Shown piece after piece: positions 11,602-24,985 of a DNA stretch of 64,000 bases. Each line of letters opens with the position of its first letter. Within the stretch, counting starts at the first letter, position 1. The notes beneath the pieces were generated by a model. That model made no database searches and was not told the origin of the DNA. It was given only the letters and a program-made list of their open reading frames with translations. Source of the DNA: Basidiobolus meristosporus CBS 931.73 (taxonomy: Eukaryota > Fungi > Basidiobolomycota); NCBI GenBank assembly GCA_002104905.1, contig MCFE01000033.1, forward strand, positions 150,923 through 214,922. Reading direction: 5' to 3'. The translations under genes were made by a program, and so were the position numbers.

Positions 11602-13849
11602 ATGGTCGCAGAAACGATAAACGCCAAGGCAGAGAAGCTGATGCGCGAAGCAGTCCCCAACGTAGATGATCCCATCGTCGATTATCTCCTTGGTTGGCTA
11701 GCGGAACCCCAAAATGAAGACGAAGACATTCCGGTCCACGATTTCGTTGGGCCCATGCTGGTTGACGCAGGTGGCAACACCGCCGCTGTCAATGCTCTAT
11801 GCCAGGAACTCTCGAAGATGTTCGACTACCATGGCTTGGCCAAGGAACAGAAATCGAGCGGCTTAACCAAGCTCGAGACCCCCATCCACATGCTTTCCCA
11901 GAGCCACATCTCAGCCACTGCCAAGCTGGCGGCCAGAAACATCGATTTGGAGGCGGTCAGCGGTAGAAAGATTGCCTCTCAGGTGGACCAGAAGAAGTTG
12001 GAGAAGGCAGAGAAGAAGATTCGGGAGAAACTTCTCAAGAGAGAACGCAAGTCCAACTACGAGGGCAGCAAGCTTCTGGTGAAGCAAGAGGAGGTGGAGC
12101 TCCTCGCCATCAATCCTATTCTGGATTACACCACCACTCGCGGGAAATCGAAGGACATCAAATTGGACAACTTCGATATCTCCTTTGCTGGCAAGCGTAT
12201 TCTTACAGACGCTTCCCTCACCATTGCTTTCGGTAGACGTTACGGTCTCATCGGTAGGAACGGTATCGGAAAGTCCACCCTGCTACGTACCATTTCTAGA
12301 CGTGAGGTAAACATCCCCACTCACGTTAGTATCCTACACGTGGAACAGGAAATGGTTGGAGATGACACCCCTGCCATCGAATCAGTACTCAAGGCCGATT
12401 ACTTCCGTGAGCATCTGTTGCAGGAGGAAAGAAAGCTTACTGCCAGAATGACCGAGTTGGAGCAATCAACGGAGACCAACAACGACGAAATCGAGAACGA
12501 AAAGGGCGAGATCGAGCTCAAGCTCCGTGGAGTTTATTCCAAGCTCAACGATATCGAATCGGACAAGGCCGAGGCCAGGGCAGCCGCCATCCTTTCTGGT
12601 TTAGGATTCCGCACCGAGCAAATCCGCAACCCTACCTCCTCCTTCTCCGGTGGTTGGCGTATGCGTCTCTCCCTTGCCCGTGCGCTCTTCTGCAAGCCCG
12701 ATCTTCTACTTCTTGATGAACCTACCAATATGTTGGATATTCCAGCGGTGGTGTGGTTGGAATCCTATCTCAAAACATGGCCCAACAGTTTACTCGTCGT
12801 CTCCCACGACAGAGAGTTTCTGGACGAGGTTGCTACCGATATCCTCCATCAACACTCCGAGAAGCTCGATTACTACAAAGGAAACTTCACCCAGTTCTAC
12901 GCCACCAAAGAAGAGCGTCGCAAGAACCAACTGCGCGAGTACGAATCGCAGATGCAGTATCGCCAACATCTGCAAGACTTTATTGACCGTTGGAGATACA
13001 ATGCTAACCGTGCTGCCCAGGCTCAGATGAAAATCAAGATTCTGGAGAAGCTGCCCGAACTTGAGAAGCCTGAGGATGAGACCATCGTGACGTTCAGCTT
13101 CCCAGAGACCGAGAAGTTGAGTCCACCAATCCTGCAGATGGATGAGGTGACATTCGGCTACGGCGACGGACGAACCATTCTTGGCGGTATCAGCTTTGAC
13201 ATGCAAATGGATTCTCGTATCGCCGTGGTGGGTCCCAACGGTGCGGGTAAATCCACCATGCTGAAACTCTTAACCGGTCAGTTAGAGCCTAGAACCGGCA
13301 TGGTTCACAGACACGGCCGCCTTCGTCTGGCCTACTTTACCCAGCATCACGTCGACCAGTTAGATTTGAATCTTTCCCCCGTTGGATATATGGCCAAGGC
13401 GTTCCCTGGACGAACTGAAGAAGAATATCGTCGCTACCTTGGTAGATTCGGTATCTCTGGAATGGTTGGCCTGCAACCTATCCAAACTCTGTCTGGTGGT
13501 CAAAAGAGTAGAGTGGCATTTGCCTGTTTGGCCATCCAAGATCCACACTTCTTGGTGCTCGATGAAGTAAGAAACTCCCCCCTAACAGATTACCCTCACG
13601 GCAGACTAACCTGAAACTAATTGATCACCTCTTTAGCCTACAAATCATTTGGACATGGACTCCATTGATGCCCTGACGAACGCTCTCAAGCAATTCACTG
13701 GTGGTGTCGCAGTGGTTTCTCACGATGAGCGTTTCATCGACTCTGTGTGTAACGAAATCTGGGTCTGTGACAATGCCAAACTCACCAAATTCACAGGAGA
13801 GGGCATCAAGGACTACAAGAGAATCATATGCCCCGAGGGAAATTTCTAA
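11602..13849 (+). CDS. GCN20: ABCF-family ATPase Gcn20/ABCF3 (one intron near 13567-13637)
   Basis: Two ABC domains (GRNGIGKST, FSGGWRMR, LLLDEPTN; GPNGAGKST, LSGGQKSR, LVLDEPTN across the intron), no TM segments, Gcn20-type N-terminal extension. Confidence 0.95.
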
Positions 13850-13863
13850 GCTTGATGTAGAAT

Positions 13864-13895
<32 letters not shown>

Positions 13896-14197
13896 CACTA
13901 CCCGTTCCCACCTTTGTGCCCTTCACCCATTCATCGTTTTCAGGAAAATACACACTGTCAAAAAACTGCCTCGGGGTTGGATCATTCTATACAGAACAGA
14001 AAAGCGATCGCTGCACTTTAATGATGACTCTATAACTTTGCTAAAATACATGAATTTTCTGATATTACATAAATACGATACATGCTTAGAACACCAATCC
14101 AGCATAATATATACGCGGCAGACCTGGGAAATTGTTGGAACAATTCGGATTCGGAGGAGTTGCTAGATTAGGTTGTTTGCAACAACTCCTGGCTCCG

Positions 14198-15489
14198 CTA
14201 TTCGTCAGCGCAATCCTCATCGCATGTTGAAGAGGCAGGCGTAGTGTTGCGAGATCTACGGGTATCGATCAATACTATCGGCAGTACCTTGGTCGATAAA
14301 TCTCTCGAGCTACCGGCTCTGCCACGGGTGCTTCCCAGCAACTTTTCGTATTTGACCGACTGCTCCTGCATGATCTTTCCATGCTTCCACTTCACACCGC
14401 AGGCATTACAAAGTGTTCCAGGACCCGCTGGACCCCTCCTCCACATAGGGGTGCTTTTACACCCACAGTAGCCACACTTCTTACCAATGCCGCCTGAATT
14501 GGGGGAGGTGTTCACGCGTTTGGCTATGATTGACATTTTGTCCGGCACTTTGTCTTTAGAAAACGATTACTAAGGATGTCGGTCGATCGTGTATTCGAGA
14601 AAACGAATGCAAACCTGTTAACCCATGACCGTGGACCTTCGGGAACTTACGGGGACAGGGGCTTGAACCCCACGGGTCACTCGCGAAGTCGGAATCCGAG
14701 TCGGACTGCGAGAGGCAGTAGTACTTGTCAACCGAGTCGTTGTGGTGGTTTTGAGACTGTTTGAGGATGATCTTTGGTCGAGGATGGTACGCTTCGAACT
14801 CATCATCCACACAAAAATCAATCAGTGCTAATTGAAGCTCGGCCCATAGCTCCTTTTGAACTCCGTAAATGTAGACATAGCTTTGATTCGCTTGCTGATA
14901 GAAAGGATCCGGCAATGACTTGATCGCACGCTGAGGGAATGATACTGTGACTTGATAGGGCTCCTTCAGAGACTGTGTCTTGAGCTTGACATCTCTAGGT
15001 AACAGCCACCATACGCCGGGGCTATCTTGAAACTCGAAGATAATATCAAATCTATCTATGGGGGATGCTAAGGGTGATGTTGGCGGAGTCGATATATGAC
15101 TGATATTCTTTGGCGGCGAATATGTTGGCTTGCTCGAGCGATGGTTTGACAAAGGTCCAATTTTGGCGCGTGTCTTGTAGAATTGACAATTCGCGAATAC
15201 GTGTGGTCCTATCAATATGGTGCAGCTACCCAAGGGGAGGTGGAGTGTTTTGTCGGAAGTAACCGAAACAAATACCGAAGAAAGCCATTCCCTTCTCGAG
15301 GTGGCAAAACTATCCAAAATATCGCTAGAGGAGGAACGTTAAACTCGCTTGCTCTCGACATGGCAAGTGTGATTGAGGCACCTACGTTTTTGAACAGTCA
15401 ATTGAGTTGGCGGTGGGACTCAAATCGACGGAATTATATCTCGAGGTGGCTAAAAGCCCCATTTCATTCGATATCAGTAAAGGCTCCAT
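14198..15489 (-). CDS. Swc3-like protein with C-terminal GATA zinc finger (introns 15325-15385 and about 14556-14615)
   Basis: [27 protein letters not shown] (C-X2-C-X18-C); N-terminal SRREWL...[13 protein letters not shown] and IIFEF...LLPR...VSF resemble, from recall, conserved blocks of fungal Swc3. Confidence 0.7.
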
Positions 15490-17069
15490 ATCACACTGTT
15501 CACAGAGGAGATATCCAAACTTTGAAGTTGGCGGTTCGGTTAAATAGATACGTGGGCAGGATTGCTGAGGTTTGGCATACAACGTTTGTTAAAGTGACAC
15601 AGCAATGAATGTTATGATAGAAATGCCGAAATGGCGTCACTAAATTTAAGAGCAAACGAAAAGAAAAACAAAGCTGAATCCAGAGAAAAATTCTGATCAA
15701 AACAACAGAGTGCCGAAATTTATAAGCTCCATTGTATGCCCACGCGAAATCACAATTTGATTGGATTGCTCTAGCGAAAGAATGGTTCCAAAACTGAGCT
15801 AGCATTCATACAAATTAGGCCCGAATGCTGGAAGATCACATAATCTTGGTTTTCGTAACACAGATGTAATTGATGCGCATTTCATGACGAAATTAAACAG
15901 GATTTCCATCCAGATAAAAACGCGATCGAGTTACCTGTCTTGATCAGATTGCAAATCAAAACCAATGCGTCGAACCAAACGCGTAACAATTTCATCCTCA
16001 GGTTTTTGTTCCAACTTGATTAAATTTTGGCTTGACATCGGTAGCGTGTTGGGTAAATTACCCGATTTTGGATCGTACTAATTAGAAGTGGCGTGCGAGC
16101 CAGATGTAATTAACAATGTTAACCAGGAATACAAACATGTACAATCAGCAAATAGGTGCTAATGTGGCTTAAGATTCGAAATACCAAAAAGTAACCTTGG
16201 TCAGTTTCCACTTGGGTCAATACAATGCATACATATTCTGAAAGAATTTTGGCGCTAGACCTTTATGTAGTGTGGCTGCTGCCTGGTCGCGGTCTAGTGA
16301 GCTAGACCAAATATGTGTCTGCAATGAAAGCCTAAGGTTTTGTGTGACAATATTGCACACGACTAAGGTCTAGTGTTCACAGTGTACCTCAGGTGAGGAT
16401 AATAAGGGGCAAGTAATGGAGCAGCGACGAGTAGAGCATTAAAGCTAACGGTCATTTGGATTGTGTGGTTGCGGACTTCATTAGGAAAGATACATACAAA
16501 TATAGAATACACAATTATAGAAGTGGTGGATCTCAGGTTCCTAGCGAATAATAGGCGGTATGTGGATGAAACATCAACATCACAATGGCACCAAACTCGT
16601 CGTGGTGAAGTTTCTAAAGAGGCAGTGCCTTCCACGGATCAATGGATTACACCGGGGACCACTTACGTAGAGGAACGGTTTTGAGCCACCACATCAGTGG
16701 AGTCAGTTTGCCAAAGAAAGTAAACAAGAGTAGTGAAAATAGTAGGAAACCAATTCAGTAACTCAGTTTTCAACTGCTGAACTGCCAATACAAACTGAAA
16801 TCCGAGATTCACCAAGATCTTCCACGGATAGAACTAGGCCTAAACTGGGCCCAATAGGACAAAGCCAACTCCAGTAAAATAAAACCTATTTAGCAATGGT
16901 GTAAAACCACTCACCGACCACAATAGAAAGTCTTCAAGTCCAGAAGTTCCATCGCCGCAACCCAAATAAACTTCCACAAAGCGTGGATGAGAAGGTATAA
17001 AAGACCTAGCACATTAGTTAGAATTTACTCAAATCATCTCAAGCTTATTCCTTTTCATTCTTTTTCATC

Positions 17070-18774
17070 ATGGATATAGAGATGTCAGCGCATGAAAGTC
17101 AAGACCAAAAGCCCGAAGTTGTCTCAGCTGATACGGCGAGTGGATCCCATCCTGTTTCATTTTTACCAACATCGACAAGCGATAAGTATCCAGATCATGA
17201 GAAAAAGATGTCTGAGGAGCCAGAGGAGAAAAAATCCCTTTATCAACGCTTTCGCCTTTACATCCATATTGCTATTGTACTCCTCTACACTGGGTATATG
17301 ATTGCTGCATGGATTCTTCATGGAAAAAAGACCCTTGTGGCTTCCTTGCTCTGGGCCTTTGTTTCGTTAAAGATCATGTTCTACCACGTTCCTACCACCA
17401 TTCTCACTAAGCCCTTAGGCTGGTTCTTCTCCAATCTAATTGCATTTGCTATGAGGTTCCCAAGCAAAGTTCGCTGGATTGTATCTGTTGTCTTCACCGT
17501 CGGTCTGATTGTTGGTGTCACTCTGGGACTACCCGTGCATGAAGGCCAAGGAACCCTGGTCGACAGAGTGAGATCGTTGGCCGGCTTGTTCGTGTTTGTG
17601 CTAGTGCTCTACGCTACCTCTACTGATCGCAAGCGGATTCGTTGGGCCACTGTACTCTCCGGGCTTTTGCTTCAGTATCTTCTCGGATTGTTCATCCTCA
17701 AGACCTCGGTTGGTTACGACATCTTCCACTGGATCTCGCACATGTGCACCACCCTCCTCGAGTTCTCCAACAGTGGTTTCGCTTTCATTGTTGGTGATAA
17801 GGTAGCCGCCATGGGAACATTCGCTACTGGAGTTCTGCCAGCTGTCCTCTTCTTCGCTGCTATCGTGAAGATCGTGTACTTCTTTGGAGGCATGCAAGTG
17901 GATGGTGAAGAAGATCGCCTGGCTCATGGTCAGACTGATGAACACCAGTGGTGCCGAGTCCACCGTAGCCGCCGCCTCGCCCTTCGTTGGTATGGGTGAA
18001 TCATCATTGCTGGTTCTTCCCTTCTTGGAAACCATGACCAAGTCGGAGATCCACTCCACCATGACATCAGGATTTGCCACTATCTCCGGCTCAGTGCTGG
18101 TCGGATTCATTTCCATGGGAGTCAACCCACAACCACTCGTCACCTCATGTGTCATGTCAGTTCCATGCGGTATGCTTATCTCCAAGATGCGCTATCCTGA
18201 GGATGGCGAGCCAGTGACCAAGGGTAAGGTTCGCATTCCACCAGCCGCTGAAGAGGAGTGTAATTTCTTGCATGCAGCATCCAACGGAGCTGCTCAAGGT
18301 ATCCACTTGGTGCTGTTGATTGCTGCCACTGTTCTTGCCTTCATGTCACTCCTCGCCTTGGTGAACGCTTTCCTTACCTGGTTTGGTAGCTTCATCAACA
18401 TCGACCACCTAACTCTTCAGTTGGTCATGGGATACATCTATGTGCCATTCATCTGGTTTGTTGGTGTCGCCCAGAAGGACGTGTTGGTTGTTTCTCGCTT
18501 GATGGCCACCAAGACATTCGTCAACGAGTTCGTCGCCTTCGGTGAGCTCACCACCCCAGCTGTAGCTGATGCATTGACCGCTCGCTCCAAACATGTTGCG
18601 GTGTACTGCCTCTGTGGATTCGCCAACTTCGGATCGATCGGTATTCAGATCGGATCATTGGGATCCATGGCACCTTCCCGCAGACAAGATCTTGCCGAAC
18701 TATCGTTCTCAGCCATGTTGTGTGGCACCATGTCAACCTTGATGAGTGCCGCCATTGCAGGAATGCTAATGTAG
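17070..18774 (+). CDS. CNT: Concentrative nucleoside transporter (CNT/SLC28) copy 1; +1 frameshift near 17896
   Basis: Intronless; IRWATV, ASPFVGMGES, GFATISGSV, KTFVNEFVAF, LCGFANFGSIGIQIG; extra A relative to the paralogs. Confidence 0.93.
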
Positions 18775-19426
18775 GCTATCAAATTGAACTTCACCAAAGC
18801 AGTAAATGTAAATAGTATCAGTATTTTCAACAAAAATTTGTGAAATCATTATTCCTATTGGTCCATGAATATATGAATCTGTTTAGAAATACATAAGTCC
18901 AGCGCAATGCAAATAGTATCATAAATAAAACGCCATACAAAGTATACCCAGAGTTAACCCGCTGAGGGTAGAGTCAATCGAATATCACTTTGTGTTACAT
19001 AGTGTGCCAAAGCCGAAAATGACCAAATAATGATTTTGGATTTGTTGAAAGCCACCGGCACTCATTGGCAGGGCCCAAGGAAGTGTTAACGATTTGATTG
19101 AATGATCGAAGCTATATCTGACCCCGCGCAATCGCCACATATTTGGTAAATATCAGGTGAGGCACCTTCTTCCTGAATGGATGGGTGATAATGGAAGGAA
19201 ATCTCATTCTCAGTGATCTAGGTCAGAGTCTAGATGGATGAAATTACCATATTCGTTTTAGCGATTCCTGTAGGAACTCCATGTGTTCCCAAGAATAAAG
19301 TTTAGCGTGTGCAGGGTAGCGTGCAACTTCACATATAAAAGAACTCCCACACCTCCATTCGAATCATCAACCTACAAGCTCAACGCATTCTAACTTCCTA
19401 TTCCACATTTCTTTGTGAATATTGAA

Positions 19427-21104
19427 ATGTCTACCCACGAAGCCTCGGACCAAAAAGTCGAATCGGTCCCCGTCTCCTTGTTGCCCACCACTGTCCACGA
19501 CACTTACATTGAGGATGACTGTGAGAAAAAGCAGGAGGTAACCGAAGTGACTGAGGAAAAGAAGTCGCTTTACCAACGCTGCCGCATTTACATTCATATT
19601 GCCGCTGTATTGCTCTACACTGGCTACATGATTGCCGCGTGGATTCTCCATGGAAAGAAGACCCTTGTGGCCTCCTTGCTCTGGGCTTTTGTATGTCTTA
19701 AGATCATGTTCTACCACGTTCCTACCTCCATTGTCGCCAAGCCATTGGGCTGGTTCTTCTCTCAGCTGATCTCATTTGCCATGAGATTCTCGAGCCGAGT
19801 TCGCTGGATTGTATCTGTTGTCTTTACCGTCGGTCTGATTGTTGGTGTCACCCTGGGACTACCTGTGCATGAAGGCCAAGGAACCCTGGTTGACAGAGTG
19901 AGATCGTTAGCCGGCTTGTTCGTGTTTGTGCTAGTGCTCTTCGCGACCTCCACCGACCGCAAGCGGATTCGTTGGGCCACTGTACTCTCGGGACTTTTGA
20001 TCCAGTATCTTCTCGGTTTGTTCATCCTCAAGACCTCGGTTGGTTACGACATCTTCCACTGGATCTCGCACATGTGCACCACCCTCCTCGAGTTCTCCAA
20101 CACTGGCTTCGCTTTCATTGTTGGCGATAAGGTAGCCGCCATGGGAACGTTCGCTACTGGAGTTCTGCCAGCTGTCCTCTTCTTCGCTGCCATCGTGAAG
20201 GTCGTGTACTTCTTTGGAGGCATGCAGTGGATGGTGAAGAAGATCGCCTGGCTCATGGTCAGACTGATGAACACCAGTGGTGCCGAGTCCACCGTAGCCG
20301 CCGCCTCGCCCTTCGTTGGTATGGGTGAATCATCATTGCTGGTTCTTCCCTTCTTGGAAACCATGACCAAGTCAGAGATCCACTCCACCATGACATCAGG
20401 ATTTGCCACCATCTCCGGCTCAGTGCTGGTCGGATTCATTTCCATGGGAGTCAACCCACAACCACTCGTCACCTCATGTGTCATGTCAGTTCCATGTGGT
20501 ATGCTTATCTCCAAGATGCGCTATCCTGAGACTGGTGAGCCAGTGACCAAGGGCAAGGTTCGCATTCCACCCGCCCCCGAAGAGGAGTGTAACTTCTTGC
20601 ATGCAGCTGCTAACGGAGCTGCTCAAGGTATCCACTTGGTGCTGTTGATTGCTGCCACCGTTCTTGCCTTCATGTCACTCCTCGCCTTGGTGAACGCTTT
20701 CCTTCACCTGGTTTGGCAACTTCATCAACATCGATAACTTGACTCTTCAGTTGGTCATGGGATACATCTATGTGCCATTCATCTGGTTTGTTGGTGTCGC
20801 CCAGAAGGACGTGTTGACTGTGTCTCGCTTGATGGCCACCAAGACATTCGTCAATGAGTTCGTCGCCTTCGGTGAGCTCACCACCCCAGCTGTAGCTGAT
20901 GCATTGACTGCTCGCTCCAAGCATCTTGCGGTGTACTGCCTCTGTGGATTCGCCAACTTCGGATCGATTGGTATTCAGATCGGATCATTGGGATCCATGG
21001 CACCTTCCCGTAAACAAGATCTTGCCGAACTATCGTTCTCAGCCATGTTGTGTGGCACCATGTCAACCCTGATGAGTGCCAACATTGCGGGATTGCTGAT
21101 GTAA
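19427..21104 (+). CDS. CNT: CNT copy 2; +1 frameshift near 20705
   Basis: Near-identical to copies 3-4; extra C (ccttcacc vs ccttacc); ATG at 19427, and the upstream in-frame GTG at 19415 aligns with the first ATG of copies 1, 5 and 6. Confidence 0.93.
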
Positions 21105-22245
21105 ACCACGAATTTCTCCAGGTATCCTAACATGGATGAGCAACCAAAATTATGTGTGTATCTGTATATAGACCAGGAGTACCAGTGGTAAACTGTAAAT
21201 AGCCAGAGATTATCGAATAGTATATCATGTAGAGCCCTTCTTCTCATCACTGCCAAACTTACCCTAGATCTTTATATTTACGCGCAATGAATATCACTGT
21301 GACCAATATATTATTAAATTGATAGATACCCTACATGGTTTTCATTCATACGATTACTCATCAACTAAGTTGCAGACTGGCTTAATAGCCCCATTCCAGG
21401 GTTCGTGATAGCCTTTAAAACGGGTCGTGGGTATCTACAGTCCTCCCATAACAGAAATATCCCACTGAACCAAAATGCTTAAATATGCTGCATTAGGCAT
21501 GGTGTTGATCCAGCTTTAGTAAAGGTTCGAATGGATGTTGACCAATACACAATATTGGTATTTTCATAGCGGATCTCGACAGAATAATTGATCAACCACC
21601 GCAGCCTGCAGATGGCAACCTTTAAATGTTTGTACAATGCATATAGTGCCATAAATATGGACCAACACAAGTTTATCAGTACATTATATTGGCTGACGAT
21701 TTCCGTCTAACTAAATGGGCTAACAAATAAATGCAATAGTCGTGGTTTCGAAATCTTATCTTACCTAATATAATTTTGACAACAGTGGTGTTCAAGCCTA
21801 TGATGATCATTACTCAAATCATTTCGCGAGAATTCCTGGGTCCACTAAGCCATCGATCTGCAGAGCGCCACTCCTTCGCATTGGTAGATTCAAAGAAGGG
21901 GTCAATGATTTGATTGAATGATCGAACAAGCTATATCTGACCCCACGGAGTAATCCCACAATTAATGAAAATCAGGTGAGACACCTTCTTCCTGAATGGA
22001 TGGGTGACAATGGAAGGATATCTCATTCTCAGTAATCTCGACCGGAGTCCAGATGGATGAAATTACCATATTCGTTTTAGCGATTCCTGTAGGAACTCCA
22101 TGTGTTCCCAAGAATAAAGTTTAGCGTGTGCAGGGTAGCGTGCAACTTCACATATAAAAGAACTCCCACACCTCCATTTGAATCATCAACCTACAAGCTC
22201 AACGCATTCTAACTTCCTATTCCACATTTCTTTGTGAATATTGAA

Positions 22246-23923
22246 ATGTCTACCCACGAAGCCTCGGACCAAAAAGTCGAATCGGTCCCCGTCTCCTTGT
22301 TGCCCACCACTGTCCACGACACTTACATTGAGGATGACTGTGAGAAAAAGCAGGAGGTAACCGAAGTGACTGAGGAAAAGAAGTCGCTTTACCAACGCTG
22401 CCGCATTTACATTCATATTGCTGCTGTATTGCTCTACACTGGCTACATGATTGCCGCGTGGATTCTCCACGGAAAGAAGACCCTTGTGGCCTCCTTGCTC
22501 TGGGCTTTTGTGTGTCTGAAGATCATGTTCTACCACGTTCCTACCTCCATTGTCGCCAAGCCATTGGGCTGGTTCTTCTCTCAGCTGATCTCATTTGCCA
22601 TGAGATTCTCGAGCCGAGTTCGCTGGATTGTATCTGTTGTCTTTACCGTCGGTCTGATTGTTGGTGTCACCCTGGGACTACCCGTGCATGAAGGCCAAGG
22701 AACCCTGGTTGACAGAGTGAGATCGTTGGCCGGCTTGTTCGTGTTTGTGCTAGTGCTCTTCGCGACCTCCACCGACCGCAAGCGGATTCGTTGGGCCACT
22801 GTACTCTCGGGACTTTTGATCCAGTATCTTCTCGGTTTGTTCATCCTCAAGACCTCGGTTGGTTACGACATCTTCCACTGGATCTCGCACATGTGCACCA
22901 CCCTCCTCGAGTTCTCCAACACTGGCTTCGCTTTCATTGTTGGCGATAAGGTGGCCGCCATGGGAACGTTCGCTACTGGAGTTCTGCCAGCTGTCCTCTT
23001 CTTCGCTGCCATCGTGAAGGTCGTGTACTTCTTTGGAGGCATGCAGTGGATGGTGAAGAAGATCGCCTGGCTCATGGTCAGACTGAATGAACACCAGTGG
23101 TGCCGAGTCCACCGTAGCCGCCGCCTCGCCCTTCGTTGGTATGGGTGAATCATCATTGCTGGTTCTTCCCTTCTTGGAAACCATGACCAAGTCAGAGATC
23201 CACTCCACCATGACATCAGGATTTGCCACTATCTCCGGCTCAGTGCTGGTCGGATTCATTTCCATGGGAGTCAACCCACAACCACTCGTCACCTCATGTG
23301 TCATGTCCGTTCCATGCGGTATGCTTATCTCCAAGATGCGCTATCCTGAGACTGGCGAGCCAGTGACCAAGGGCAAGGTTCGCATTCCACCCGCCCCCGA
23401 AGAGGAGTGTAACTTCTTGCATGCAGCTGCTAACGGAGCTGCTCAAGGTATCCACTTGGTGCTGTTGATTGCTGCCACCGTTCTTGCCTTCATGTCACTC
23501 CTCGCCTTGGTGAACGCTTTCCTTACCTGGTTCGGCAACTTCATCAACATCGATAACTTGACTCTTCAGTTGGTCATGGGATACATCTATGTGCCATTCA
23601 TCTGGTTTGTTGGTGTCGCCCAGAAGGACGTGTTGACTGTGTCTCGCTTGATGGCCACCAAGACATTCGTCAACGAGTTCGTCGCCTTCGGTGAGCTCAC
23701 CACCCCAGCTGTAGCTGATGCATTGACCGCTCGCTCCAAGCATCTTGCGGTGTACTGCCTCTGTGGATTCGCCAACTTCGGATCGATCGGTATTCAGATC
23801 GGATCATTGGGATCCATGGCACCCTCCCGCAAACAAGATCTTGCCGAACTATCATTCTCGGCCATGTTGTGTGGCACCATGTCAACCTTGATGAGTGCTA
23901 ACATCGCCGGATTGTTGATGTAA
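22246..23923 (+). CDS. CNT: CNT copy 3; +1 frameshift near 23086
   Basis: Near-identical to copies 2 and 4; extra A (gactgaatg vs gactgatg). Confidence 0.93.
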
Positions 23924-24985
23924 GCTCTGACTCTCTAATTGTCGAGGTTTCTATCTATATCGACCGGAAAGAATGATGGAAATGGTGTCGATCTGTAAAT
24001 AGCCCTAGTTCTATATTCTTTATTCGGGGTATTTGTGAAGTATACTATATAGAGTACCTGTTCATATCTCTCTTTGCTTTGTTTCGTTTATGCCATAACT
24101 CAAAAATTAAACTGATTAGTAACATACCTACTGACTTGGTATTCGCCTCTGTTTCCCAGCAGCCAATAGTAGATCCGAGATCTTTCATCCAACCAAACTT
24201 ATTTCGATTTAATGGCCGATTTCGCAAACTGATAATCAAGCGATATGCCAATCGTGTAAATATGGTTTCGCAACATGCCCATACATTGTAGTTCCATGTC
24301 AATGATATCAATCAGACTAAGTAGACACGGACTTGTATGTGGTGTTGGTATGAAAATTATCCTGCTTGTAAATAGACAGACTCGGTTCAAAGCAAAAAAC
24401 ATCACTAAAGGAGGTTCATATAAATCCGATATATTGTTGCCGTCTGGCCAAATGCACCAAAGCCTGCGCCCATTCCTATCACTTTGTGCCATAGAAAGCT
24501 ACTAAATCCCATTTGTGGTAAGGCCAATGATGGTCGGTACTGAAATCATGTCACGAGAATTCCTGTTGCCACCAAGCCATGAAGCTACAAAACGCCACGC
24601 CCTCGCATTGGTGGATGGTTGGAAGTTGCCAATCTAGTTTCAGCAGTGGATTTGATTGAATGATCGAACAAGCTATATCTGACCCCAGGCAGTAATCCTA
24701 TATTTGATGAAACTCAGGTGACACGGAATTCTGGAATGGATGGGTAAGAATCGAAAGAAATCTTACTCGGAGTAATCTCGAACGGAGTCCAGATGGATGA
24801 AATTACCATATTCGTTTTAGCGGTTCCTGTGGGAACTCTATGTGTTCCCAAGAATAAAGTTTAGCGTGTGCAGGGTAGCGTGCAACTTCACATATAAAAG
24901 AACTCCCACACCTCCATTCGAATCATCAACCTACAAGCTCAACGCATTCTAACTTCCTATTCCACATTTCTTTGTGAATATTGAA

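Noticed and set aside
13866-13893. (CCCTCA)n and, at 4262-4300, (GGTGTR)n as interstitial telomere or regulatory elements
   Set aside because: Short hexamer microsatellites in 3' intergenic DNA that do not match TTAGGG.
16255-16312. Small inverted repeats (ctagacc/ggtctag) as a Helitron or MITE end
   Set aside because: No matching other terminus, TSD or second copy in the window.
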